Below, in pieces: positions 1 to 8,034 of a stretch of 35,234 nt of DNA; position 1 is the first letter of the stretch; each line of letters starts with the position of its first letter. The stretch is from IMG/VR virus record IMGVR_UViG_3300014656_006079, positions 1-35,234 of that record, one strand, 5' to 3'. The translations under genes were made by a program, and so were the position numbers. Under the pieces are notes generated by a model. That model was not told where the DNA came from, did no database searches, and saw only the letters and a program-made list of their open reading frames with translations. The stretch is from a virus. Its lineage: Duplodnaviria; Caudoviricetes.

Positions 1-1149
1 ATGACCGCAGCGCGCAAATTCATACGAACAAAGCATGTCGGCGTCTACTACCGAGAGAGCAGCGCCAGGGTGCACTCTGGCAAGCCTGACCGGGCTTTTG
101 TGGTGTGGTACATTGACGCCCAGAAGAAAGGTCACTGGCACACAGTGGGCTGGATGAGCGAGGGCATCACCGAACGCTATGCCATCGCCAAGAGGCAGGA
201 GCTGCTCGGCCAGGTTGCCCAGGGCAAGTCCCCTGCCCTGCGGCGCAGCTACACTGTGGGCGATGCCGTCATGCTCTACTCGGACTGGGCCAGGGCCGAG
301 GGCAAGGGCATCGACATTGAGATGAGTCGGTACCAGACCGGGCTCAAGGCCGACCTGGACGCCGTGCCCGTCGCATCCATTACCACCCACATGCTCAGCC
401 AGCTCAAGGCCAAGCTCCTTAAGAGACTCGCTCCAGGGAGCGTCAAACACTGCTTCAGCTTCATTCGACGCTGCATCTACCACGCCATCAGCGAGAGCAG
501 GTATTCCGGCACCAACCCACTGGCCACAAAGAAAGACAGCAAGTGGAAGATGCCCAGAGTGCAAAACGATGGCGTGCGGTACTTCAGCCCGGAGGAAGCC
601 AGGAATTTGCTGGCCGAGCTGGCCAAGACGAGCGCGCTGGTTCACGACATGAGCCTGCTCTCCCTCAAGACCGGCTTGCGGTCGACGGAGATATTCTCCA
701 TCCGCAGGCAAGACATCGACAAGGACGCCGGCCTGATCCACTTCACCGGCAAGGACGGTGACCGGGAGTTCGTCCACGCCACCGAGGACATCATCGAGAT
801 GCTCCTGGCCTACAAGCGCAAGCCGGGCTCGCTGGTCTTCCAGGCCAAAAACGGCGGCGAACTCTCCTGGGGCATCCCCAAGAGCTTTGAGCGCGCCGTT
901 GCCAGGCTCAAGTTCAACGAAGGCGTGACCGACCCTCGCCACAAGGTGTGGTTCCATACCTGGCGGCACACCTTTGCCAGCTGGCTGGCTCAGAGCGGCC
1001 AGGTGACCCTGCTGGAGCTGAAAGAGGCCATGCGCCATAAGAGCATCGCCATGACAGAGAGGTATGCTCATTTGATCCCCGGCCACCAAAAGAAGTTGCT
1101 GCCCATCATCGGGCAGACCCTGCAAGGCGATCCGACTCCAGAGTCCTGA
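1..1149 (+). CDS. int: Tyrosine recombinase (phage integrase)
   Basis: Catalytic motifs TGLRSTE, HTWRH, MRHKSIAMTERYAH; N-terminal arm-binding-like region. Confidence 0.96.
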   Translation: MTAARKFIRTKHVGVYYRESSARVHSGKPDRAFVVWYIDAQKKGHWHTVGWMSEGITERYAIAKRQELLGQVAQGKSPALRRSYTVGDAVMLYSDWARAEGKGIDIEMSRYQTGLKADLDAVPVASITTHMLSQLKAKLLKRLAPGSVKHCFSFIRRCIYHAISESRYSGTNPLATKKDSKWKMPRVQNDGVRYFSPEEARNLLAELAKTSALVHDMSLLSLKTGLRSTEIFSIRRQDIDKDAGLIHFTGKDGDREFVHATEDIIEMLLAYKRKPGSLVFQAKNGGELSWGIPKSFERAVARLKFNEGVTDPRHKVWFHTWRHTFASWLAQSGQVTLLELKEAMRHKSIAMTERYAHLIPGHQKKLLPIIGQTLQGDPTPES

Positions 1150-1432
1150 CCACATTCCTCGCAAAAAACGCGTCGACATCCTGCACACGGTACAGCACCT
1201 GCTTGCCCGGCTTGGTCCAGGCCGGACCCTTTGATTCACGGCGCCAGTCCGCCAAGGTGCCCTCGGCCACGCCGTAACGCTTCGAGACCTCTTTGGTAGT
1301 CAAGGTCTTCTTATCCACGCCATAAGGTTTGGCTGCGGCGGGCTGCAAACGACCGTCCCGGATAGCCGCGTCAATGGCTTGTTTGACCACACTCTCGATA
1401 AAGGCCGAGAGGTGGTTTCCACCTTCTTTCAT
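1106..1432 (-). CDS. Excisionase-like HTH DNA-binding protein
   Basis: LTTKEVSKRYGVAEGTLADWRRESKGPAW...VLYRVQDVDAF, next to int; start is ATG 1432 or GTG 1438. Confidence 0.85.
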   Translation of the reverse strand: MKEGGNHLSAFIESVVKQAIDAAIRDGRLQPAAAKPYGVDKKTLTTKEVSKRYGVAEGTLADWRRESKGPAWTKPGKQVLYRVQDVDAFFARNVVRTLESDRLAGSAR

Positions 1433-1434
1433 GT

Positions 1435-1785
1435 TCACCAACTGCTCCCCCATTGCGTCCAAGCGCCATACCCCCAAACCAGCGTGTACCAGCAGGCCAT
1501 GGCGAACATGCCCCATTGCCTGGGCCGTGCGCGCCATGTGGCGCAGATCCAAAACGGTTGCGCGGCCAGGGCGACAATAAAGCCGATGGTGGCCCAGCGC
1601 GGCGGGCACGTCCACATGTCCTGGCAGATGTGCAGGGTGCCGGGGTGGTTGGCCTGGTGCATGGCGATGGCCTTGGGGTCGTGGTTCACCGCCACGTCCG
1701 GGTCGCGCCCGGTGGCCATCCGGAATCCCTCGGATGCCCCGCCGCCGCCGCAGTAGAGGTCCACGTTGATGTAGGGGGAGGTCAT
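1435..1785 (-). pseudogene. Truncated C5 DNA methyltransferase N-terminus fused in frame to a small membrane-protein C-terminus
   Basis: Motif I DLYCGGGG and NHDPKAIAMHQANHP, then an abrupt switch to hydrophobic IGFIVALAAQPFW...QWGMF; no catalytic Cys motif IV. Confidence 0.8.
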
Positions 1786-1967
1786 GGCTGCCCCCTCAAG
1801 AAGTCCAACGCGAACCGTGCCGCGCTGCCGGTGACCAGACCAAGGATACTGGCGCCGCCCATCATAATAATCGCAGGCCAGTAAACCTTGCCGTCCCGGA
1901 AAGCCATCCACGCCCCAAGTGCGTAGAGGGCAACGCAAATGCAGATGAAGAATTTACCGGCGGTCAT
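1782..1967 (-). CDS. Small hypothetical membrane protein (61 aa)
   Basis: Two hydrophobic segments; ATGA overlaps on both sides. Confidence 0.7.
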   Translation of the reverse strand: MTAGKFFICICVALYALGAWMAFRDGKVYWPAIIMMGGASILGLVTGSAARFALDFLRGQP

Positions 1968-2584
1968 GCGGGCACCATCTTGTCCCACGAAGTCACGCTG
2001 ACCCACGGGTTTAGTACCTGCCGCAGTCCGGGGCGCTTGCCGTAGATGCCATCCCAGGCGCAGAGAAATGCCTCGCGGCTCTCGAAGCCTTCGGCCTTGG
2101 CCCCGGCCTCGGTGATGTCCCACAACCGCTCGACGCGCGCCGCCGTCACGACCGTCTTGAACCTCGCGGCCTCGCGGAAGATGCCGTTGGGGATGCCGTG
2201 GCCCTCCTTGACCCAGGACGGCCACACGTTTGTTTCCTGCGGGTCGAACCGCTCCGGGAGGTGAAGGCCGCACCGCGCCTTGTCGGCAAGGTACTCAACG
2301 GTGAAATGCACGGACTCTTCTGCGCTCTGGCTTATGTCCACCACGCGGCCCGGCTCACGCAACCAGAGGCGCTGTCCGGGCAGGCCGAAGGGGAGCCTGG
2401 AAAGCGGAAGGGCCATGCCGCACTGCTGGCCCATCGAGCCAATGGGCCAGATCATGCCATCCAGGCGCGTGTGCCGGACCTCAGACGACCAATCCGGCTG
2501 CGGACTCAGCGGCCTTCTCGTCTCCGTCTTGCGGCCCAGGATAGCCGCCAGGGCCATTTCGGTGGTAAGTGGTAAGGGCCTCAT
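1964..2584 (-). CDS. ASCH/PUA-like phage protein
   Basis: AILGRKTETRR, LWLRE, VERLWDITEAGAKAEG, NPWV motifs. Confidence 0.8.
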   Translation of the reverse strand: MRPLPLTTEMALAAILGRKTETRRPLSPQPDWSSEVRHTRLDGMIWPIGSMGQQCGMALPLSRLPFGLPGQRLWLREPGRVVDISQSAEESVHFTVEYLADKARCGLHLPERFDPQETNVWPSWVKEGHGIPNGIFREAARFKTVVTAARVERLWDITEAGAKAEGFESREAFLCAWDGIYGKRPGLRQVLNPWVSVTSWDKMVPA

Positions 2585-3147
2585 GCGGGCACCTCCGCAG
2601 TCTGCATGGCAAGCGCCATCTCGATGATGCGCAAGGCAACAGCTCCGACCTGGGCGGCCTCGGCAATGACTCCGTGCAGTCCGTCGATGTCATCCTTGAG
2701 GACTGCTGCGGCGAGCTCGTCGCGCTCCCTGTCCAGCACGTCAAGGGCCTGGTCCAGGTCGTCAGCAAAGTGCGGGTACTTGAGCTTGGCGCGGCGCAAC
2801 TGTTCCAATACCAGCAGTATGGCCTTAAGGTCTGGGGACTCCACCAAGAACTCTTCTGCTAACTGGTGTTCCAGTTTGGCGCAGTGTTTGGCGTAATTGC
2901 CCAGTTCTTTTTGTGCGGCTGCCAGGGCGGCCTCCGCCTTGCGCCTGCGCTCCACCTCGCGGTTGTTGTGCTCCTGCAGGCTGGTGACCTGGGCGCGGAG
3001 TTGGTCAATCTCGGCTTCTGCATTCCTGAGCTTGGCGTCGTCATCCCTCGCAGCTGTAATGTAGTCGCGGATAACACAGTACGGGCAAAAATCGCCGATA
3101 TACACACTGTCGCAGTTCGGACAATGCTCCTGATGCCTATGGCTCAT
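2581..3147 (-). CDS. Zn-ribbon/coiled-coil protein with MazG-like C-terminus
   Basis: CPNC...CPYC, heptad region, ERDEL...AEAAQVGAVALR. Confidence 0.6.
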   Translation of the reverse strand: MSHRHQEHCPNCDSVYIGDFCPYCVIRDYITAARDDDAKLRNAEAEIDQLRAQVTSLQEHNNREVERRRKAEAALAAAQKELGNYAKHCAKLEHQLAEEFLVESPDLKAILLVLEQLRRAKLKYPHFADDLDQALDVLDRERDELAAAVLKDDIDGLHGVIAEAAQVGAVALRIIEMALAMQTAEVPA

Positions 3148-3434
3148 GCCGCTTGCTCCTTGCCTTCGTCCTGGCCGAACAGCGCGGGCGCGAGCTCATC
3201 GCGGACTTCCTGCCCGGTCACGTCCATGGTGGCGCCTTCCAACTCGTCAAAGACGTCCTCGTGCAGATCCGGCTCGCGGTTGGCCAGGTGCGCGGACACG
3301 TACTCAATGAGGTGCGCCGCTGTGGTGCCCTCGCAGACGTTGGCGCGCACGATGAACACGGCGGCGACTTCGTGCCTGGCGCACGGCTCGGCGGGCTGCT
3401 CGGCGCTGCGGTCGGGAATGGGGGTGATGCGCAT
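3144..3434 (-). CDS. Hypothetical protein
   Basis: Coupled in operon, RBS GAGG. Confidence 0.65.
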   Translation of the reverse strand: MRITPIPDRSAEQPAEPCARHEVAAVFIVRANVCEGTTAAHLIEYVSAHLANREPDLHEDVFDELEGATMDVTGQEVRDELAPALFGQDEGKEQAA

Positions 3435-3437
3435 GGC

Positions 3438-3995
3438 TTACCTCTCGGGCAGGATCAAACGACCCTGGCCGCATTCGCTGGGGTCATAATGACCGCCAGC
3501 CACTTCAAGTTCCTGCAGTGCATCGTCCAACTCGCCGTTGGAACGCATCCACTCAACGAACTGCGAGTCCTCATTGTCGCTCACGATACACTTACCGACC
3601 ATCCAGACATCGGGCTCGTGCCCACAGGGCATAATGCTGTCGGCTCGCGTCTCCTTGCCGGGGATGAACACCCGGCGGCACTCGCGGCAGAATACCACAG
3701 AATGCACCTCCAGGTGCTCTTGCCCGTCGTGGGCCTTGGCCTTCGGCGTGTCGCAGGGCGCGGCCTTGGGCTTGGGCGGCACCATCGTTCTGGTCTTGTC
3801 GCGGTCGATGTCGGCCAGATCCATAGCCACAGGCGCGATGATGACCTGCTGCCTGATCACGCTTTTCTGGATGTTGTCCGCCGACAAGGGCACGTCCTCG
3901 TCCTCAGCGACTTCGAGCCGGACGTCCATGTGCTGGGGCAGCTTGCTCAACTCCTCAACCAGCTCGGCAACGTTCATTCCGCGTTCCGGTCCCAT
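3438..3995 (-). CDS. Hypothetical protein
   Basis: MNVAELVEELSKLP N-terminus common in phage proteins; CREC motif; RBS GGAGG. Confidence 0.7.
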   Translation of the reverse strand: MGPERGMNVAELVEELSKLPQHMDVRLEVAEDEDVPLSADNIQKSVIRQQVIIAPVAMDLADIDRDKTRTMVPPKPKAAPCDTPKAKAHDGQEHLEVHSVVFCRECRRVFIPGKETRADSIMPCGHEPDVWMVGKCIVSDNEDSQFVEWMRSNGELDDALQELEVAGGHYDPSECGQGRLILPER

Positions 3996-3997
3996 GG

Positions 3998-4231
3998 CTA
4001 GTCCTCCAAAAGAGAGTCGATTACGATATCTTTGCCAGCAGTCGTGTAGGCGAAAGCGTGAGGGCTGTAGCCGGACGGAAGGTCGCGACGCCTCTTCACC
4101 TCTTCTGCGCCAAGCACGTCAATCTCGTGGTGGGCTTCCTGGGCAAAGTCAGGGGCATCCCGCATGGCCTGGGCTTCATCCTCGGCAGCGACAACGATGT
4201 CCAGCTCCATTTGCACGCGGAAGAGCTTCAT
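3998..4231 (-). CDS. Hypothetical protein
   Basis: Tight operon packing. Confidence 0.65.
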   Translation of the reverse strand: MKLFRVQMELDIVVAAEDEAQAMRDAPDFAQEAHHEIDVLGAEEVKRRRDLPSGYSPHAFAYTTAGKDIVIDSLLED

Positions 4232-4234
4232 GGC

Positions 4235-4426
4235 CTACCCCCTGGCCTTGGCGGTGCGCTTGGCCTCGGTCTGCTCGCGGGTCAGCAGGCCGGATCCGGG
4301 GCGCAGGAAGTAGGAACAGCACACGCCGTCGCCGTGATTCCGGCAATGCCGGGGGCTCCTGGGAAAACACCCGCGCGGCTCACGGTTCTTGTGTCTCCGC
4401 GCGTAAAAGCTGTCGGGCTGGATCAT
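4235..4426 (-). CDS. Small Cys-rich hypothetical protein
   Basis: ATGA overlap with upstream gene, RBS GGAGG. Confidence 0.55.
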   Translation of the reverse strand: MIQPDSFYARRHKNREPRGCFPRSPRHCRNHGDGVCCSYFLRPGSGLLTREQTEAKRTAKARG

Positions 4427-5640
4427 GACGCCTCCTTCATGGCCTCTTCGGCCTGTGGTTCGATGCTGACAATCAGCATGCCGCTGGGCCCGCCGGTGAC
4501 GGGAAAGGGCTTGCTGCGCGCGGGGTTCAGGCTGTAGCGGTCGAGAAAGCCCTTGGCGCTCACATACCGGCACCCACGGCCCTTGCCACGCTGCAAGGAC
4601 AGAGCGCCGTGGCCCTCGTAGGTCGGCATGATGCAGACCTTGCCCGAGGACTTGTGCAGGCCAAGGCGCGCGTGGGTGTGCTCTCCCAGCTTGTGCAGAC
4701 CCACTGCGTCGGCGTTGATGCACAGGTGGTTGTCTTTGGTGACCCAGATGGCCGGGTCCAGGGGCTTGTTCTTGCTGTCGTAGAACTCCCAGCCGGAGAG
4801 GTCAGGGGCTTCCTTGTGCTCTTCCATCGCTTCCTCCACCTCGGTGGCGATCATGCCGCCCACGATGGAGGCGAGGGTGGCCCCTGCCACAGCGCCCAAA
4901 GCCATGGTGCCGGGGTGCAAGGTCTGCTCGGAAGGCGTTTCTCCCACTCGGCCAAGGACAATGTTCACAAACCCACCACAGGCTGCCGGGCTCTCTGCGC
5001 TGTCGCGCAGCTCCTGGGCCTGTTCGGTGTTGATGAGCGCGTCGGCAGGGTCGGTGCCCATCATGGTCGGCGGCACCTTGTCGCCGTGCACAATGACTGG
5101 CGGCGCCTGGCCGGGCATGGGCTCTGCGGTGTCTGAGGGGCCGTCCGGCCCGGTGGTCATGGGAAGGTCCGGGCCGGACGGCTGGGGCGGGGAGGAAGGC
5201 GCGGCGTGCAGAGAGGGTGTGGAAGGCTTGACGGAAATATTGTTGGCGCGCGCGGCGAGCAACAGCTCCTCCGGCATGAGCTTGGTGATTTCGAGCAGAC
5301 GGCCCCACTCGCGCCCGGTGGGGGTGATGCCCTTGGCGAGCTTGACCAGAAACTGCGACACCTTGGACTGGTAGGTGCCGATCTTCTTGGCCACCTGGTC
5401 CTGTGTGTCGCAGCCGGTGCCCTCCCTGATGAGCTGCCAGGCGGTCTTGGACCCAACACGCTGCGCCAGCAGGTGCGGGCAGTCGTCGTTGCAGCTGGGG
5501 TGCCGGTGCATGCGCTCCTTGCCGCTCTCCAAAGGTTCGGTCTTGTCGGTGAGCAGCGGGCGCTTGCGCATGTCCGCGCAGCCCTTGGCCGTCAGCCTGG
5601 CGTTGTAGGTGGGGCAGTTGAAGAGCGTGATGTCCATCAC
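4423..5640 (-). CDS. Multidomain putative DNA-binding protein (Cys-rich N-terminus, XRE HTH, Pro-rich linker, AbrB-like C-terminus)
   Basis: TQDQVAKKIGTYQSKVSQF HTH; PAIWVTKDNHLCINADAV beta-hairpin-type end. Confidence 0.65.
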   Translation of the reverse strand: MMDITLFNCPTYNARLTAKGCADMRKRPLLTDKTEPLESGKERMHRHPSCNDDCPHLLAQRVGSKTAWQLIREGTGCDTQDQVAKKIGTYQSKVSQFLVKLAKGITPTGREWGRLLEITKLMPEELLLAARANNISVKPSTPSLHAAPSSPPQPSGPDLPMTTGPDGPSDTAEPMPGQAPPVIVHGDKVPPTMMGTDPADALINTEQAQELRDSAESPAACGGFVNIVLGRVGETPSEQTLHPGTMALGAVAGATLASIVGGMIATEVEEAMEEHKEAPDLSGWEFYDSKNKPLDPAIWVTKDNHLCINADAVGLHKLGEHTHARLGLHKSSGKVCIMPTYEGHGALSLQRGKGRGCRYVSAKGFLDRYSLNPARSKPFPVTGGPSGMLIVSIEPQAEEAMKEAS

Positions 5641-5816
5641 CGCACTCCCGCCAGCGCCTGCTGGTCCGTCTGCCGGGTGTGCTCGCGGATCTCAGACACG
5701 AAGTAGGCCACGGCCACCAAGGCCAGAGCCAAAAGCGTGGCGCGGATGATCGCCTCGGTGCTGATGCTGGCGCGGGTGCGCGCCCTGGGCTGCTGGTAGC
5801 TTGCTGTCGCGTGCAT
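5637..5816 (-). CDS. Small single-TM protein
   Basis: RBS AGGAGG before ATG 5816; hydrophobic ATLLALALVAVAYFV. Confidence 0.65.
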   Translation of the reverse strand: MHATASYQQPRARTRASISTEAIIRATLLALALVAVAYFVSEIREHTRQTDQQALAGVR

Positions 5817-5882
5817 GGTGCCTCCTGGTGGTGGTCCTTCCCTCATTGCCGCCCCGGGGCCCGAGGCGGTGGGAGAGAAGGA

Positions 5883-6121
5883 CTAGTAGCGCCTGGGACC
5901 CATGCTGGGACCGCCGGGCTTGTCGCCCTGGACGCTCGCGGGGCTGACACCCTCGCCAATGATCTCCACGCGGCCTTCGTCGAACCAGCAGGTGTCGTTG
6001 ATCTTGCCGTCCTTGGCCTCGGGCGTGATGCCGAACTGGTTGCAGCCGTAAAGATAGGTGATCTCCGCAGTGATGATGCCTTCGAACCCTGTACCTTGTC
6101 TTTCGCTTTCTTGCCGAGCAT
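5883..6121 (-). pseudogene. Conserved phage small protein with a 1-bp frameshift
   Basis: MLGKKAKDKV, then another frame reads TGFEGIITAEITYLYGCNQFGITP...WFDEGRV to TAG; span 239 nt; RBS GGAGG. Confidence 0.85.
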
Positions 6122-6234
6122 GTGACCTCCCTTGCTTTTGTTCGATTTTGGGTTTGTTGTCGGTGTGGGATTGTTATCGCCCCACATTATCCAGGCCATC
6201 CATGTCTTTCTCTTATCCGACATATGATTTTCTC

Positions 6235-6495
6235 CTACCCGGCCTGACCCAGCAGAGCGGCCTGCTCGGCTTCCGGGGCTCCTGCCAGCATGGTGTACTG
6301 CGCGCCCAGGGGCACACGGGCGGGCTTGGGCATGTACTTGCGGCGCAGCTCGTTGACATCCAGGCCCAGCAGCATGCAGGCGGTTTTGTCGGCCCGCTCC
6401 ACCTCCGGCCTGCGCTGCACCTCGCGCAGCAACAGATCCACGGCGCCCAGCAGGGCGTAGGGGCTCATTTCGCTGGTGGCGTAGGTCTGGGGCAT
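6235..6495 (-). CDS. Hypothetical protein
   Basis: RBS AAGGAGG, operon position. Confidence 0.7.
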   Translation of the reverse strand: MPQTYATSEMSPYALLGAVDLLLREVQRRPEVERADKTACMLLGLDVNELRRKYMPKPARVPLGAQYTMLAGAPEAEQAALLGQAG

Positions 6496-6505
6496 GGGAA
6501 CCTCC

Positions 6506-6979
6506 TTACTCTTCGGCCTGGCCCGCAGTAACGATGGGCCGCATGCCGCTTATGGCGCGCACCACAGTGGCGCACAGCCTCTGGAGCTTGCAAGTAAGCA
6601 GCTTGGCCTCCACGGCGTCGATGTGCCTGTCGGCCACGGCGCGTTCCCCGGCCAGGGCAACATCGCCGAGCTCGCGGAACATCTTGCCCAGGCTCATGAG
6701 CAGGGTCTCGCAGTCCATGGCGTCGAAGTCGTACTGCACGCCGCCAGCCTCTGCCTGGGCCTGGAGCCAGTCGAGCAGCACAGTGTTGCCCAGCACCACG
6801 CACAGCCTGGGGATGTTCGGCAAGGTCGGCCAGTAGCTGCCCTGGCCAAACAGGCGACCGGTGTTGCCCGGGTTCCAGCGCATCGCAGCGCCGATTTCGT
6901 CTTCCGACTTTCCGGACATGATGCGGGCGTGATGCAGGGCGTCGTGGAGGGACATGTTCAGGTAGTTTGTGTGGTTCAT
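6506..6979 (-). CDS. cII: Phage regulatory CII family protein (186 CII/CP76-like)
   Basis: N-terminal HTH, LGNTVLLDWL, RELGDVA...ADRHIDAVEA; follows cro. Confidence 0.75.
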   Translation of the reverse strand: MNHTNYLNMSLHDALHHARIMSGKSEDEIGAAMRWNPGNTGRLFGQGSYWPTLPNIPRLCVVLGNTVLLDWLQAQAEAGGVQYDFDAMDCETLLMSLGKMFRELGDVALAGERAVADRHIDAVEAKLLTCKLQRLCATVVRAISGMRPIVTAGQAEE

Positions 6980-7009
6980 GGTCAGGTTCTCCCTCAAAAC
7001 TTATCTTGC
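6976..7009. promoter_or_regulatory. Imperfect dyad TCATGGTCAG-N14-CTTATCTTGC over the cII start; candidate PRE/pE-like activator site
   Basis: Same spacing and similar half-sites as the perfect dyad at 30181-30214. Confidence 0.5.
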
Positions 7010-7048
7010 CAGGGCGTGCGAAAATTCGTACCGGCTGATCATGACCGC

Positions 7049-7348
7049 TCAGCTGGCCTGAGCCTGGGGCTCGTATTTGGCCAGGCGCGCGCGCAGCTCC
7101 TGGTTCTCGCGCAGCAGCTCGGCCTTGGGCCGCGTGGGCGGGGGCAAGAGGTCGGCAGGGATGCCCTGGTTCAAGCAAAGGTCGCGGAAGCTCGCGGGGA
7201 TAGTATCTTGGTGGATAAGCATGCGGCTTACGGCCTGCTTGCTGATTCCCGACTCCTGCACCAGGGCGGTGTAGTCAAAGCTGTTTTCGATAGCCCACAC
7301 CTTGAGCCTTTGTTGACGGGTCAACCGATTTGCGTGTAATTGCTGCAT
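7049..7348 (-). CDS. Cro-like HTH regulator
   Basis: YTALVQESGISKQAVSRML; divergent from the XRE repressor. Confidence 0.75.
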   Translation of the reverse strand: MQQLHANRLTRQQRLKVWAIENSFDYTALVQESGISKQAVSRMLIHQDTIPASFRDLCLNQGIPADLLPPPTRPKAELLRENQELRARLAKYEPQAQAS

Positions 7349-7455
7349 TCGAAATCTCCTGTTCCCAGTGGGAAAGTTCGTGGGAAGCGTTAAGAAGAGG
7401 TCTATTATAAAAACTCGTAGTCGTCAACAATTTCTCGGAGTTTTTTGTTAAAAAT
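7349..7455. promoter_or_regulatory. Divergent cI/cro control region with operator-like inverted repeat
   Basis: AT-rich; AAAAACTCGTAG (7409-7420) / CTCGGAGTTTTT (7434-7445); TATAAT on minus strand. Confidence 0.7.
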
Positions 7456-7935
7456 ATGATTTCAGTATTTAGCGAAAGATTACAGCTTGTTATTGACAGG
7501 CTAAAAGTCGACCAAAAAGATTTGGCGGACTCTGCATCTATTTCAGCCCAAACGATAACAGGGTATCTCCGTAACGGCAGGCTTCCCAACCAAAAGACCC
7601 TGGCCGCTTGGGTGCAGGGCTATGGCATTGATGCCCATTGGCTGCTAACTGGCGAAGGAGAGATGTTCCCGAAGGCCGCCAGCCCGGCGGCGAGAGTCTG
7701 CAACCCAGTTGCTGTACGCATCGACGAGCTGGCTCGGCTGCTGGGTGAATCCGGCGTGGGCGAGTTGGAAATCATGCGCTCGGCCAAGGTCATGCTGGAG
7801 GGCGAGATAGCCAAATGGACCAAGGCCCAAGGGGGCTACTCCGTGCGCGAGCCCGCACCATGTGAGGCCAAGGCGGCGGAAGAACCGGCAGACTATCCTG
7901 CGACGAAGCAGGCTGCCGGGGACGATACCGTCTAA
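7456..7935 (+). CDS. cI: CI-like XRE repressor without S24 peptidase domain
   Basis: FSERL...QKDLADSASISAQTITGY...WLLTGEGEMF; 159 aa. Confidence 0.85.
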   Translation: MISVFSERLQLVIDRLKVDQKDLADSASISAQTITGYLRNGRLPNQKTLAAWVQGYGIDAHWLLTGEGEMFPKAASPAARVCNPVAVRIDELARLLGESGVGELEIMRSAKVMLEGEIAKWTKAQGGYSVREPAPCEAKAAEEPADYPATKQAAGDDTV

Positions 7936-8034
7936 TCCCCGGCAGCGGCCTGGGTGACGGCTTGGCGCGGGCGAAACTAGAGGTTTATGCGTTCCAGAGG
8001 CGTGAGTGAATACTCACAAGACAGAGGCGGACTC

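Noticed and set aside
1435-1938. Functional DNA methyltransferase
   Set aside because: Only motif I region is present; catalytic and target-recognition regions are missing
5843-6223. 126-aa ORF as listed in the track
   Set aside because: Artefact of the frameshift; the real gene starts at 6121 and ends at 5883
6995-7012. Sigma54 promoter at TGGCAAG
   Set aside because: No GC at the -12 position after GG-N10
7404-7430. Canonical sigma70 promoter TTGACG...TATAAT on the minus strand
   Set aside because: Spacer is only 12 nt (15 from TTGTTG), so the exact promoter is not assigned
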